From an uncultured Clostridia bacterium (lineage in GTDB: Bacteria > Bacillota > Clostridia > Christensenellales > UBA1242): a stretch of 64,000 bases of DNA. The stretch's first letter is position 1. Every line of letters begins with the position of its first letter. Shown piece by piece: positions 12,001 to 18,879 of this stretch. Below the pieces are notes generated by a model, which was given only the letters and a program-made list of their open reading frames with translations, was not told the DNA's origin and made no database searches. A program made the translations under genes and the position numbers. The stretch lies in assembly GCA_944381105.1 (NCBI GenBank), contig CALWJU010000022.1, forward strand, positions 10,083 through 74,082. Reading direction: 5' to 3'.

Positions 12001-14446
12001 TACTTTGGCTAATGGAAGTACTATAAATATCTATCAAGGGGAGATAATATTTGATTATGTACAATCATACTATACATCTTTATATGAAATGTCTTTGCAT
12101 ATTGACGATATAGATTTTGGCGATACACTTATTTATGATGTGTCAGTTACAACTGATGGTGAAACACAATCTAGTCGTTCCGCAATCACACAGACTAATC
12201 AAGCCGGTGGAAGTCTAGATATCATCTCGGGCGGACTAGACTTTATAGTTGGAGAGTCTTCAACTTATCAAATTGATATCTATTCAAGTTATGTTTTAGG
12301 AGATGACGTTTTAGAAAGATTTTATGTCAATGTTGATAACGTTATAGACAATTCGTCAATTTACTCTCAATTTGTCTTTACAGGTAATATCAATCTTGAT
12401 AGCCAGACTATTGAAGAAACTAGCATTTTATTCAAATATGGAGATGTTTTCTTAACATTGAATTATACTACTTTACAATACCCTAGGTTAAATGAAGACG
12501 GAGAACAGATAACCGATATAGAAGGAAATCCGTTAGTTGATAATCATGAAATTTTTGTATTAAGTGATTCATATAACAATACAATTTTAGAATACGATTA
12601 TTTCGTTAATGAATATGTGATTTATTTTGGAAATGACGGACAAATTCTTGATCCTGTTGATGAAGATCTAGGAACGGAGGAAGCAGGGGGAAGAACTTTA
12701 ACTTTGGAAGAAATGGAAGAAATGTATAATAATAATGAAAGTATTTACGATTCTCATGGAAATGGATATTTTATTAGAGATCTTTTTATCTTAAATGATG
12801 ATGGCATATATCAAAGTGTAGTATCCAAAGAAGAAATTGAAGGGCTGTTTAGTATTGAAAGTGTTGGAGAAGTAAATTATCTAGTTCTAACAGATAATGA
12901 TTATGATGTTATGGAAGACCCTATTGATTTAGGCAATGGTACATCTTACAACAATCAAATAGAGGCTCAGTCTTACGATTGGCAACAGAGTCCTACTTAT
13001 TTTAGTGAATATTCAAGTTATCAAATTGATACAAACATATTAAAAGACTATAAAGATATGTTTAACTATACTCTCGGAGGAAATCAAGATTTATATTCAA
13101 CATCAATCGATCAATTTGATAATACTCTTATTTACAATGTTCTGCTTAGACCGACAAGCAATGTGGCATTAGAGATTTCAGTAAAAGATGAATATAGTGC
13201 TAGTGAAGGTTTCGATAGTGATGTTACAAATGAAGATTTAGAGGTAAGCCCTGTTTATTCAATAGTACTTATGAATGATACTATGTTTACAAACATTTCA
13301 AATATTGGATTTGCCAATACAAATGGTGTAAGCATTATGGGTAATGGCTATTATATTTCTTATTATGGAGCACCGCTATACAATCGAATGCAAGGAGGAA
13401 TCTTTAAAGATATTTACTTCTTAGGCGAAAATCACGATACGTTATTCTTGAAGAGAAATGATTCGGCTATTGAGAGTGAAGATGAAAGATTTTCACAACA
13501 TCTTTACAACATTAAATTGTATGGTTCAGTTTCTGATTTCAATAAAGACTATGGTGCTTTGATTGATTATGATTTAGATTACTCAGCAACACAACTTGAT
13601 ATTACAAGTTATGTATCTATTACCTCAGATATTAACACTAACAACAATAGTCAAGCAACAAATGTTGGAAAAGGTGGCAACACCTATGACCTAACACTGT
13701 TTAGTGGATTTAATGCAACAGAAAACGATAGTCCTCTTCGCTTTACAAATTATGGTTTTATCTCTGCATCAAACGGACTTGACGGCAAAAATGGTGAGAA
13801 TGGAACCCGCTTTGGTGAAGATGGCGAAAACGGATATGATGGTAGCGCTGGTAGAAATATAATTATTTCTGAAAATAGTGTAATTAGTTTGAATTATTTC
13901 AGCAATAATGGTATAATTAAAGCAGGCGATGGTGGAAATGGTGGAGCAGGTGGCTCAGGATATAGAGCCGAAGAAGACTTACTAGATATAAACTCTGGTA
14001 TACAAACACCTGGTCAGGCAGGTCAAGGTGGCAATGGCGGAGACGCTGGAAGTATCATTTTAGTAAATCAATCTGACTCTGACGAACAACCACAGACGCC
14101 TAGCCTATCGCAACGTGGCATAAATGGACAAGACGGAGCAAGAGGAAGATATAGTATAAGCTCAAATGCAAACTTGAATTTAGTTGATGCTAGTGGTTTT
14201 ATATACAGTCTATTTATATGGGACACAATAAATCACTTAAACAATGATGCTCTTAATACAATTGCAGGATCATATACTTTAAGAGATGGTTCAGAAACAA
14301 GGTTTACTCTATATGAATTCAATACGTCAATAAGGGATCAACTACCAAGTTGGTATACCCTAGAAGGTGATTACGCCACACAGTACCCTACAAGCGATTG
14401 GGACGGAAACACTTACGATGAAATAAAATCAGAAATAAATACTTAG
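2..14446 (+). CDS. Giant (>4,814 aa within window) secreted/surface repeat protein, GLUG-like beta-helix architecture; 5' end outside window
   Basis: Single uninterrupted ORF. The same frame has no stop from nt 2 to the first ATG at 104, so the N-terminus lies upstream of the window. Recurrent module-start motif GNG(Y/F)xI (LDGNGYTIYI ~nt 1905, FYGNGFTISNL ~3510, IGNGQEITY ~7795, LDGREKTISGL ~8940, MGNGYYISY ~13340). Many N-x-G-x-I-x-x-S-Y strands (ITNEGIITNCEV, NVGNITNSRV, NSGSIASSYA, NSGNVITSYV, NEGTIETSYS). Many GG(L/I)(V/I)G motifs (FVGGLVGLSFGNS, FAGGVAGQSFGG, FIGGLIGYVESG, YVGGLVGYSS). No C-terminal TM or LPxTG. Confidence 0.85.
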   Translation, partial: EVTTTASNDSENLRPIIYNNGLELYISEKDQSLSMGDISVYHYTLPQDYSQNEDDYILTATITLLNRDSALDEETGVYNFIFEISFSVYVDYRSRIDRDIDFTVAFESNSGSNSSSVNGDEGQITLSLTRQNFTNIDVTSFKVDRSVWTNVDGTYYTAHQKGEQASVFSPGSSSILQITANPYFAHYDYVEISYSNVAVANAVDFELLQPYGSNYDTFISFAGADVYTYGNTLRFTPDRSLDYDYGTLYFRASISSSVDSDSIIRFNVSYYTSEGELLSQVNYYITINYLAQPTILVDGEQDAFIALGSNANVEIQVFSDQVLDSLTLEGEGLEGLNLSSFSEQESDSNTNIKTYSATISASVKASVASANNTFTVHAVVRRTQNGVQETRHVYANVTLVDFKIDTSNVGIDGIEDGNLDVWQGVGKAFEVDYNILPESYSYDHNDSESVEKVSDLLNSRQEFEINQYYVSSKTDAETDEEIIQYAINYNYEEGRAYTLSERLFYIVNGNEEIPVTDEYRNSAGARFEFTTNQDGSQDAVIIGARQGEVVSFRLKTFIYTSNGGTVSYSTDFTVTVNVYSDEDLPLTISNATEFENLNPSNYTSGEITQNDYILTSDIVLENHSAFNTDLISSLDGNGYTIYIRSYNQSASGTLNLALFNNILSTTTLKNVRVNVYNGGQITVDLSTLSSSARINIAGLAITNEGIITNCEVVSFYTDGYASGTSDLLVPATVEHSNPSGFNVRFIRGANTTEEIYISDGSSWTPQIAGLVLQNVGNITNSRVGGDSVTILGEDRSVIDSSGNTVAMGYTFASEIDLDTFYIIGQGDMAGFVLINSGSIASSYAKLLDMENKSNSTAYDTSGFVGTNSGNVITSYVEGKQDESDTSESQKYAYTGTSLKSAYGIIAGFVNENTGTVKDSYSNILISNSSNALNVYLASGFVYINEGTIETSYSASQIANSRSTQMNFSGVNASGDLLANGNYINCYFFNASNYNNPDSSDNSNETLYDTGAVLITNPESSTYFYGFAIASSENDGIWTISDENGIKLIEPNIKSYSHRYISYIPDDQDYDGITGQDEQGRYVLPYAILQFTDSSREINTALGSENNPIIISNAQEFVEAMGTSQSSYTSQYFNSYSIWGTYRMVSNINLSDLSTYINLPSVSKAFSGKFYGNGFTISNLSIASYNAGVGYGLFASLESRNNSTPLISNLSLTIDHVTAGNVSMVGGVAGYAKDSILVNIDITFNDGAQISGLNFVGGLVGLSFGNSVIRNITVQDPSVTAETYSNNVSGDYFTSSVITSIRNNIRNNLNNSTTVNSSIINTLSVYSYAGAVTGYSDHFVTMLNSFNINQAFDYTINNIRVNGTVFVQGQIAGGLFGLTSYQTNVRDAGLVITADNDNVDSHIIATKYFAGGVAGQSFGGMSRIFAEYESSIQNDIEDGLSSFYLNNAEVQRGATNIFYLDSNPYDQMFIGGLIGYVESGRLEVSYSKLNVVSNTADFAGGIIGGIDLTNANTYLAEADLLNEDVFTKYFINEVFATGDIRARQDGDDLVMTAGGIIGASYGQNNSIALLAVNALNYIANYDYQNEDVININNDINISSTIKTNLILGSAFESKDSTSQSEININNFTSFINLIRLRGDNGVSGVNSATVAYYESYTFDNFIAAMNLFGSVSGGLQDNTLYENNYVYAISSPINYTSSDIGHTFTQQAFLSSGVWSTGNWTHDPEDLFPSIMYQRVTNYIYLDDYAESVERVFSLLNSGGGSDITIVVRGLASEDTTDEYSHIDLRDYADIIDNYMVRGFSGSIIGGNYYITDGIDEDTNANRTRVRIISDKSFIESTGPGFYMNDVIIEYASQGSIDITANTQGSAGLFSMSDLNEATITNLEIRLNSPVVLTEENSGTTSNEITVGLLAPQIINSSITNLTIDAQNVSSSSYLLSTNIQNSYDSISAGIIAGVMNQTSTSSIMQVDGFNLNSSANLVNLYSAGSTEVDFHNLYLGSYFGRIIRSDSALDMQLNLQGIDLSSSSSDTNKRLSVSNISAENAYIGGYIGMNNGLDRLTLQDDFSTYIDIFLDDTSISVTPTFDNLYTGLIFGFAGNTNINSINFAYSSFDGGLYVVQNGTNNETNRVEITNLYAGGFAGRLESAMTLSNISQMSYEVVSITSSTSVDISSMDTTRDTFESSEYVSNTLDISGTAKVGIVVGSTSSTFSMQGTGSDFTVLNRNGQTIRLSGLTSGSAVGSVIGESTSTLANSITGTSTINLTSGIVSNAQIVAIGDSEDAEVSVGGIIGQVVHDTTYEDSASARVSVGSLNTAYVGFIGAVYSNIENLNFGGIIGRTLFANSNDSINLTNTYYGGVVKIFGENSENSRAYVGGSVGSLESSQTSTSTYNVRLINSFNYGDVFVEYDEFESLNHYIFGGLLGRIESAYRITASGNYSMVSSHNTRFIGNDENDLNNSSHALFGDTPVSATSGAINNNYYNFAVSLCSDEYGTDIAYSSAYRINGFGYGESSIGGTDGSTTLTMLDRYDEISRLIYIDEGSVEEGHKVNPINLSSANTSMIDIEYKYNGITYTTFTETSTLSTQIYTNGADSTNLENVAIIGNGQEITYSLDDDSLSRSSIINKLSGFSYVSNLVVNLDVELDSTDSSFAGVANDMYDNTMIYGVQVKGTMSIGGNTVKNLAGIVANLYSGRLQEVNTSLDIIYRSSRDGYVYGIADLVNEISGGITDGSLNKIIVDSYSTGSITSYISANLYAFSDTPSTDTFRIDGCYSIAKLDRNDYMSSNDGDGILSVFGVENANDNIINSYFDYNAVNADVLEIGTDYQLSTSGLMNNADLSSIYDERNIDFNYGYPTSKIGALKTSSFAEITSSNSATSDMYEYYVNETEYSRLANFETPSDYDSAYFIITNAGVLAQSNSLTKEISEETYNIRNFMLQYDIDLSQSEYNDNWTSLLFEAETSIVEGDDPNSTEDDVEISSFAPIYLDGREKTISGLNAPLFETIGISADADATQLSTIKNLRLTDANVNNYGILAKVIYNTFVTNMTLIGNVSGNSSGSLVDSTQQEDLFGESSSYLTIGALANEAENSNISAITNIVTINVTEYNNSSNILAVGGLVGTMHNSQINYSSNYAPINVAVANGNSEAYSKNYFVGGLVGFVFNNSENNEETSSLRYSYNASSVMAGYANTNSLLTTQGQYYVGGLVGYSSANNLTISGCYNSGAIKSGNKSNGRTINNTVQGISYGGGIVGHANYASLDNCYNEGTIEALGASPVTDFRWATNYDLELYQSNQKNVYAYAIGHFDAWDGDEGSLQVYDNSSDSVYMNGSYLDQDSIINSWSWSDISSRVATSSLGMDQDSRIAVSTNIGNDTLGLIHIYDIRGARVVINSYGIFRYSDNASDDVIVTSYNSFGLPTNFILKLKVTLGIQYYYDEVRSGGIFVDFGVFKLDLSSSDSLVDTYRAENDEYASIDYSNAYADYEKQYLEDNNSFLISNYNDTAIESDGENIKRNTRSNITTNIEDIKVTTIDGISYYLADSDGLNAIFGAGMFNYQITETWEELGLPYVNDRSYYSVSAWTDDDTPLSTYVDSVNENGITFTAYSSEEVEGNINYRVTLDYDVSLNFNMSSLNYYYIDGYSFGIGINNYQELQPIADYTLIDGSGKEYKNVVVKAIYLEDGQSLPATEEIGSDQDFVESNPNIVYFALQDNMLIYIPNAELNNGRMSTIVNREDVTLNGVGTVYTYNNEDGTQTTETGQEAFNHAVLDIIENRFAGKEYYCTISGLESRYKTVSFGGVRGSADSDSISDIVEGLEEDFGGLTGESEGNSSLSYGQVIDVWYNESTITQNDEGYQVMLSALANTNIDEAVAINNSGEVVLGFYNNTWLLGEETTISSGGHTYEVSLNDNTLTLSGEGINEDDVRSFLESISAIANDFSDTLSFEDLNLFNHLIDNFTDEIAINFRGSGVGTATATFAKVWSFNSENNMISINDGGASIVEEIVRENVTPYTFTLANGSTINIYQGEIIFDYVQSYYTSLYEMSLHIDDIDFGDTLIYDVSVTTDGETQSSRSAITQTNQAGGSLDIISGGLDFIVGESSTYQIDIYSSYVLGDDVLERFYVNVDNVIDNSSIYSQFVFTGNINLDSQTIEETSILFKYGDVFLTLNYTTLQYPRLNEDGEQITDIEGNPLVDNHEIFVLSDSYNNTILEYDYFVNEYVIYFGNDGQILDPVDEDLGTEEAGGRTLTLEEMEEMYNNNESIYDSHGNGYFIRDLFILNDDGIYQSVVSKEEIEGLFSIESVGEVNYLVLTDNDYDVMEDPIDLGNGTSYNNQIEAQSYDWQQSPTYFSEYSSYQIDTNILKDYKDMFNYTLGGNQDLYSTSIDQFDNTLIYNVLLRPTSNVALEISVKDEYSASEGFDSDVTNEDLEVSPVYSIVLMNDTMFTNISNIGFANTNGVSIMGNGYYISYYGAPLYNRMQGGIFKDIYFLGENHDTLFLKRNDSAIESEDERFSQHLYNIKLYGSVSDFNKDYGALIDYDLDYSATQLDITSYVSITSDINTNNNSQATNVGKGGNTYDLTLFSGFNATENDSPLRFTNYGFISASNGLDGKNGENGTRFGEDGENGYDGSAGRNIIISENSVISLNYFSNNGIIKAGDGGNGGAGGSGYRAEEDLLDINSGIQTPGQAGQGGNGGDAGSIILVNQSDSDEQPQTPSLSQRGINGQDGARGRYSISSNANLNLVDASGFIYSLFIWDTINHLNNDALNTIAGSYTLRDGSETRFTLYEFNTSIRDQLPSWYTLEGDYATQYPTSDWDGNTYDEIKSEINT
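3495..4700 (+). repeat. Densest cluster of GLUG-like GG(L/I/V)xG motifs inside the giant ORF (protein-level repeats)
   Basis: Translation shows VGGVAGYAKDS, FVGGLVGLSFGNS, YAGAVTGYSD, IAGGLFGLTSY, FAGGVAGQSFGG, FIGGLIGYVESG, FAGGIIGGID and TAGGIIGASYGQ at roughly regular spacing. A second cluster lies at ~9300..9790. Confidence 0.6.
13775..14152 (+). repeat. Gly-rich collagen-like/GGxGG low-complexity segment near the C-terminus of the giant ORF
   Basis: GLDGKNGENGTRFGEDGENGYDGSAGRN ... GDGGNGGAGGSGY ... GQAGQGGNGGDAGS ... GINGQDGARGRY, read directly from the translation. Confidence 0.6.
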
Positions 14447-14457
14447 GAGATGAAAAA

Positions 14458-15207
14458 ATGAAAGAAGCAAACAAAACAGAAAACGGAAAATGTATTCATG
14501 ATGGACACAGAAAAAGACTTATCAATACTGTAAACAAGGTTGGTCTTCAAGGACTCAGCAAAATTCAAGCAATGGAATATATTTTATTCTTTATCTATCC
14601 ACGAGGGGATGTAAATCCTCTCGCCCACCGCTTGCTTGACCGATTTGAGAACGTTCAAACAGTACTTGAAGCGTCGGTAGAAGATTTAATGGAGGTTAAA
14701 GGAGTAGCAGAAACAACTGCACAAAAGATTCACTCTTTACTTGAAATTTTTTACTATTACACAAATGAAAAACTCGAAGCAAAGCCATTAAAATCATTAG
14801 GAGATTTCCTTGATTATATGGAACAACTTCTTAGATACCGTAGTGATGAAGAAATGCATATCTATGGTGTAAATACAGCAGGCGAGATTATACAAGGTAG
14901 GTGTTTAGCCAAAGGCACAACAAAGATTGTCGGTGTAGACATGCGAGATATTGCTCTTTATCTTTCAACATTTAAAGTTCCAGGAGCGTTTATTGTTCAC
15001 AATCATCCAGGTGGCAACTGTACTCCATCAAAACAAGACGAATATTCTTTTGACAAAATGAAAGGAGTATTTGAAATTGCAGGTTGTAAACTCATGGATT
15101 CTCTTATAATTGGAAAAAATGGCATTTACAGCATGGATAGAAAATGTAACCTAAGAGTGTTTAGTGAAGGTTTAGAATATTTCCAATCATTGCTCCTAGA
15201 AGACTAG
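14458..15207 (+). CDS. radC: RadC-family JAB/JAMM domain protein with HhH region
   Basis: JAMM signature HNHPGGNCTPSKQD (H-x-H-x7-S-x2-D). HhH-like VEDLMEVKGVAETTAQKI. SD aggag 6 nt upstream. Starts 11 nt after the giant ORF stop. Confidence 0.85.
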   Translation: MKEANKTENGKCIHDGHRKRLINTVNKVGLQGLSKIQAMEYILFFIYPRGDVNPLAHRLLDRFENVQTVLEASVEDLMEVKGVAETTAQKIHSLLEIFYYYTNEKLEAKPLKSLGDFLDYMEQLLRYRSDEEMHIYGVNTAGEIIQGRCLAKGTTKIVGVDMRDIALYLSTFKVPGAFIVHNHPGGNCTPSKQDEYSFDKMKGVFEIAGCKLMDSLIIGKNGIYSMDRKCNLRVFSEGLEYFQSLLLED

Positions 15208-15550
15208 CAATAAAATTCATCAAAAATCCTAAAATTATGAAAAGCCAAAGACGAGGGGATTTGTCCTCTCGTTTTTTGTTTTCTTCGTTTTCTAGCAGTT
15301 CGTTTCCAAAAGGTAGCACACATAGGCAGTACACACCACCATCATCGTATTTTATTGAAATATATTCTTGACGCTCTAAAAACGTAAGAATATTATCAAG
15401 TGCCTCAGCATCTATTTTATATTTGCTAGGCATTGCAGAAATAATGTCCTTTGATTCTATTATGTTATATGATCCATAAGGGCATTCTTTAACTAATATT
15501 TTAAGTACAAGTTTTGACTTTATGTCAAGCATAGAACTATTTTTTGCCAT
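15161..15550 (-). CDS. Small wHTH-like protein with C-terminal TM helix (paralog of 15625..15990)
   Basis: ORF open to 15694, but the 5' part overlaps the divergent gene and promoter. ATG at 15550 (MAKNSS...) lies downstream of TTGTCA-17-TAAAAT (15567..15595). C-terminal TM is LWLFIILGFLMNFIASLLGAMIG. Aligns with the neighbour (KLVLKIL / KLVLKYL, EYISIKY / NYIEFVV, VYCLCV / YYYCVKL). ATG 15568 is an alternative start. Confidence 0.55.
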   Translation of the reverse strand: MAKNSSMLDIKSKLVLKILVKECPYGSYNIIESKDIISAMPSKYKIDAEALDNILTFLERQEYISIKYDDGGVYCLCVLPFGNELLENEENKKREDKSPRLWLFIILGFLMNFIASLLGAMIGNILNLH

Positions 15551-15566
15551 TATATCAACTTTATTC

Positions 15567-15616
15567 ATTTTAATTCTTGTAATATTTTTTGACAAAATTG
15601 TAAAAATAATTACAAG
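15567..15616. promoter_or_regulatory. Back-to-back divergent promoters with overlapping -35 hexamers
   Basis: Minus strand: TTGTCA (15590..15595) -17 nt- TAAAAT (15567..15572). Plus strand: TTGACA (15589..15594) -16 nt- TACAAG (15611..15616), 8 nt before ATG 15625. Confidence 0.35.
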
Positions 15617-15624
15617 GAAAAGAT

Positions 15625-15990
15625 ATGCCTGATAATAGAAAAGAAAAATTAGTGCTAAAATATCTTTGTAAGGTATGTACAGGTAAGAAGACATACCTTA
15701 TTTCTCCACATGAAATTGCAAAAGAAGTTTGCAAAAAAGAGGTGCTATCAGTTAATGAGATAGATGAGATAATGGCTAGTTTATCTTTACAAAATTATAT
15801 AGAATTTGTTGTTTCTGACAGTAAAAGTGGTTATTATTATTGTGTGAAATTAAAAAAGAAGGGGCAAACATACCTTTCTGATGCTAAAAGACAAAAGAAA
15901 GCCCTTTTTATGCTTGTTTTACGTAGTATTTTTCTTGCAACTGTCAGTTTTGTGTTTGGTTTAATCTTAAAAGCAATTTTCAAAAGCTAA
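15625..15990 (+). CDS. Small wHTH-like protein with C-terminal TM helix (paralog of 15161..15550)
   Basis: 121-aa ORF. C-terminal TM is LFMLVLRSIFLATVSFVFGLILKAIF. N-terminal ~75 aa align with the divergent neighbour. Confidence 0.6.
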   Translation: MPDNRKEKLVLKYLCKVCTGKKTYLISPHEIAKEVCKKEVLSVNEIDEIMASLSLQNYIEFVVSDSKSGYYYCVKLKKKGQTYLSDAKRQKKALFMLVLRSIFLATVSFVFGLILKAIFKS

Positions 15991-16074
15991 ATTGACTTAA
16001 AGTCTTTTATTAATTTAAAGAAAATTGCTTTATAAAATAGACAAATTGTATTATAATTATCAAAAGGATAGAAT

Positions 16075-18039
16075 ATGGACTTTGATTTAGTTTCAAATTA
16101 TAAACCCTCTGGCGATCAACCTCAGGCAATAGAAAAACTTGTTGATGGCTTTAAAGATGGGCTAAAAGAACAAGTCTTGCTAGGCGTTACAGGAAGTGGA
16201 AAAACCTTTACTATGGCAAACTTAATAGCAAGAATGAAGAAACCTACACTTGTTATTGCTCATAATAAAACCCTCGCCGCCCAACTTTGTAATGAGTTTA
16301 GAGAATTTTTTCCGCATAATCGTGTGGAATATTTTGTATCTTATTATGATTACTATCAGCCAGAGGCTTATATAGTTTCAACTGATACATATATAGAAAA
16401 AGATATGGCGATAAACGAGGAAATTGATAAACTTCGTTCCTCAGCAACCTCCTCAATTCTTGAAAGAGAGGATGTTATTATAGTTGCGTCCGTCTCATGT
16501 ATCTATGGACTTGGTAATCCTGATGAGTATTATAATTTACATATTACTCTTAGAGAGGGTGAATTGGTAGATAGAGATGATGTAATATCAAAATTGATCG
16601 ATATTCAATATACACGTAATGATGTAGATTTTAAACGTTCAACATTTAGAGTAAAAGGTGATACTCTTGATATATTTCCATCAAACCAGTCAGAACTTGC
16701 TATCAAGATTCGTTTTTTTGGAGATGAGATAGAAAAGATATATAATTTTGAGCCTGTCTCTGGCAACCTTATAAATGAACTGAAATATGTTTCTATTTAC
16801 CCAGCAACTCACTATGCAGTTGGTCGAAAGAGACTGGAACAAGCACTTGCTCAGATTGAAAAGGATAGAGTAAAAGCTGTTGATGATTTTACTAAACAAG
16901 GTAAATACATAGAAGCCGAAAGAATTGGGCAAAGAGTGTCATATGATCTTGAAATGATGAGAGAGGTGGGGTATTGTAACGGTATAGAAAATTACTCACG
17001 TTATTTTGATGGGAGAGAGCCAGGAGAGCCACCATATACTCTAATAGATTACTTTCCAAAAGGTTTTTTAACTATAATAGATGAAAGTCATATGACCTTG
17101 CCTCAAATTCGAGCCATGTACAATGGCGACAGGGCGAGAAAACAATCATTAGTCGACTATGGTTTTAGACTTGAAGCGGCAAAGGACAATAGGCCGCTAA
17201 CTTTCAGCGAGTTTGAAAGTAAAATAGGACAGGTGATGTATGTATCTGCAACTCCAGCCCAATATGAACTTTCTCACGCAGATCAAGTTGTCGAACAGGT
17301 TATAAGGCCAACAGGATTACTTGATCCTATTATCGAAGTAAAACCAATAAAAAATCAAATAGAGGATCTAATGCTTGAAATTCAAAAGGTCATTGCTCAC
17401 AACGCTCGTGTACTTGTTACCACACTGACAAAAAAGATGGCAGAGAGTTTGACGACTTATCTGCAAGAGCATAACTTTAAAACAAAATATATGCACTCAG
17501 AAATAGATACTATGGAAAGGGTGGAAATTGTAAATGGGTTAAGACTAGGTGAATTTGATGTGCTTGTAGGAATAAATTTGTTAAGAGAGGGACTAGATAT
17601 GCCAGAGGTAGAACTTGTCGCAATACTTGACTCCGATAAAGAGGGATTTTTAAGAAGTGAGGGGGCGCTTATCCAGACCATTGGTCGTGCGGCAAGAAAT
17701 GCAAATGGTAGAGTTATAATGTACGCAGATACTATGACCGACTCAATGAAAAGGGCAATAGATACAACAGAGAAACGTAGAAGATTGCAAGAAAAATACA
17801 ATAAAGAACATAATATTATTCCAAAAACCATTATAAAAGAGGTTAAAAACACACTAGAAATAACTAAGAAAATTACAGATGGTAAATTGAAGCGAGAAGA
17901 GTTGCCAGCAGAAATTGAAAAACTTACAGGTATGATGAAAGTAGCCTCTGGTGCACTTGATTTTGAAAGGGCGATAGAACTTCGTAATCAAATACAAAAA
18001 CTTCGAAAGCAACTTGAATCTTATAATAAAAAGAAATAA
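16075..18039 (+). CDS. uvrB: Excinuclease ABC subunit B
   Basis: N-terminus [22 protein letters not shown]. Walker [13 protein letters not shown] box (IIDESHMT). C-terminal UVR motif ([17 protein letters not shown]). SD aagga upstream. Confidence 0.97.
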   Translation: MDFDLVSNYKPSGDQPQAIEKLVDGFKDGLKEQVLLGVTGSGKTFTMANLIARMKKPTLVIAHNKTLAAQLCNEFREFFPHNRVEYFVSYYDYYQPEAYIVSTDTYIEKDMAINEEIDKLRSSATSSILEREDVIIVASVSCIYGLGNPDEYYNLHITLREGELVDRDDVISKLIDIQYTRNDVDFKRSTFRVKGDTLDIFPSNQSELAIKIRFFGDEIEKIYNFEPVSGNLINELKYVSIYPATHYAVGRKRLEQALAQIEKDRVKAVDDFTKQGKYIEAERIGQRVSYDLEMMREVGYCNGIENYSRYFDGREPGEPPYTLIDYFPKGFLTIIDESHMTLPQIRAMYNGDRARKQSLVDYGFRLEAAKDNRPLTFSEFESKIGQVMYVSATPAQYELSHADQVVEQVIRPTGLLDPIIEVKPIKNQIEDLMLEIQKVIAHNARVLVTTLTKKMAESLTTYLQEHNFKTKYMHSEIDTMERVEIVNGLRLGEFDVLVGINLLREGLDMPEVELVAILDSDKEGFLRSEGALIQTIGRAARNANGRVIMYADTMTDSMKRAIDTTEKRRRLQEKYNKEHNIIPKTIIKEVKNTLEITKKITDGKLKREELPAEIEKLTGMMKVASGALDFERAIELRNQIQKLRKQLESYNKKK

Positions 18040-18085
18040 AATTTTACAAAATTAAAAAATTTTACAAAAATATATTTGTTTGCTA

Positions 18086-18114
18086 TTGACAAATATATTT
18101 TATTGTGCTACAAT
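18086..18114 (+). promoter_or_regulatory. Sigma-70-type promoter for the lipoprotein gene
   Basis: TTGACA (18086..18091) -17 nt- TACAAT (18109..18114). SD ggag before ATG 18133. Confidence 0.5.
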
Positions 18115-18132
18115 AATAGTGGGAAAGGAGAT

Positions 18133-18807
18133 ATGAGTATGGGAAATAATAAAAAAAATTTGCCTAATTGGGCAAAATTAAAAAAGACTATTCTTTTAAG
18201 TTTAGTTGCTTCAACTGCTCTTGCAGCATTTTCAGGCATATTTATTGCTTGTGATGAAAATGAAAACAATCAAAACAATCAAAATGGACAAAACGAGCAA
18301 AATCAAGAGGCGTTGTTGGCGGAATATCATCAAAGGATAGAAGAAATAAAAGGTGATATGGAAGAGGTAAATCAGGTTCTTGAAGAATATGAAGAAATGA
18401 TGGATAAGTATAGAGAAGATGGAGATATTCTTGCATTTGATGAATATTATCAAAAATATGCTGAATACGATAGTGAAAATATGAAGCCTTTGGAAGAAGA
18501 ATATCATCAATTGCTTTTAAAAATTCTAGAAATAGAAAATTTAGATATATATAATCAACTAAGCCAAATGGAGCGATCATTAGAAGAAATGCAGGCGGAA
18601 CAAACTAAAATTAGGGAACAACAAAATGAATGTTTATTAAATGGAGATTTTGAACGTCATGCACAATTGGAACAAGAATTTAATGTTATATTAAAGCAAT
18701 ACAATACGCTGTATAACCAATATGTTGAAATGTTAGATACGATAGAAGATAAATATGTAGATGGCTATCATTACCAACTCGAAGTTGATGAAAGTGAATT
18801 AGGATAA
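18133..18807 (+). CDS. Lipoprotein, Q/N/E-rich coiled-coil
   Basis: Start moved to ATG 18133 (SD aaaggag). Signal peptide plus lipobox: LLSLVASTALAAFSGIFIAC|DENEN. Remainder is NQ repeats and E/Q-rich heptad-like sequence. Confidence 0.7.
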   Translation: MSMGNNKKNLPNWAKLKKTILLSLVASTALAAFSGIFIACDENENNQNNQNGQNEQNQEALLAEYHQRIEEIKGDMEEVNQVLEEYEEMMDKYREDGDILAFDEYYQKYAEYDSENMKPLEEEYHQLLLKILEIENLDIYNQLSQMERSLEEMQAEQTKIREQQNECLLNGDFERHAQLEQEFNVILKQYNTLYNQYVEMLDTIEDKYVDGYHYQLEVDESELG

Positions 18808-18833
18808 TTTGAATTTTATTAATAATCAAAAAA

Positions 18834-18859
18834 GTCAAACAAAATGTTTGACTTTTTTT
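18834..18859 (+). terminator. Rho-independent terminator
   Basis: GTCAAAC-aaaat-GTTTGAC followed by a T7 run. Confidence 0.65.
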
Positions 18860-18879
18860 AAGCAAATGTATTAAAAATA

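Noticed and set aside
15551-15694. Long 177-aa version of the minus-strand ORF 15161..15694
   Set aside because: The extra 48 codons run through the divergent gene's start and both promoters and encode implausible sequence (MSSYLYIPYKDILALIFLFYYQ...). An internal ATG downstream of a good promoter fits better.
15991-16074. LexA (Cheo-box, GAAC-N4-GTTC-like) sites upstream of uvrB, and of uvrA at 18860..18914
   Set aside because: No GAAC...GTTC dyad is present in either upstream region, so SOS control cannot be claimed from the sequence.
18151-18158. A8 homopolymer six codons into the lipoprotein gene as a phase-variation switch
   Set aside because: A runs of this length are common by chance in this A/T-rich sequence. 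No evidence of length heterogeneity can be obtained from a single sequence.
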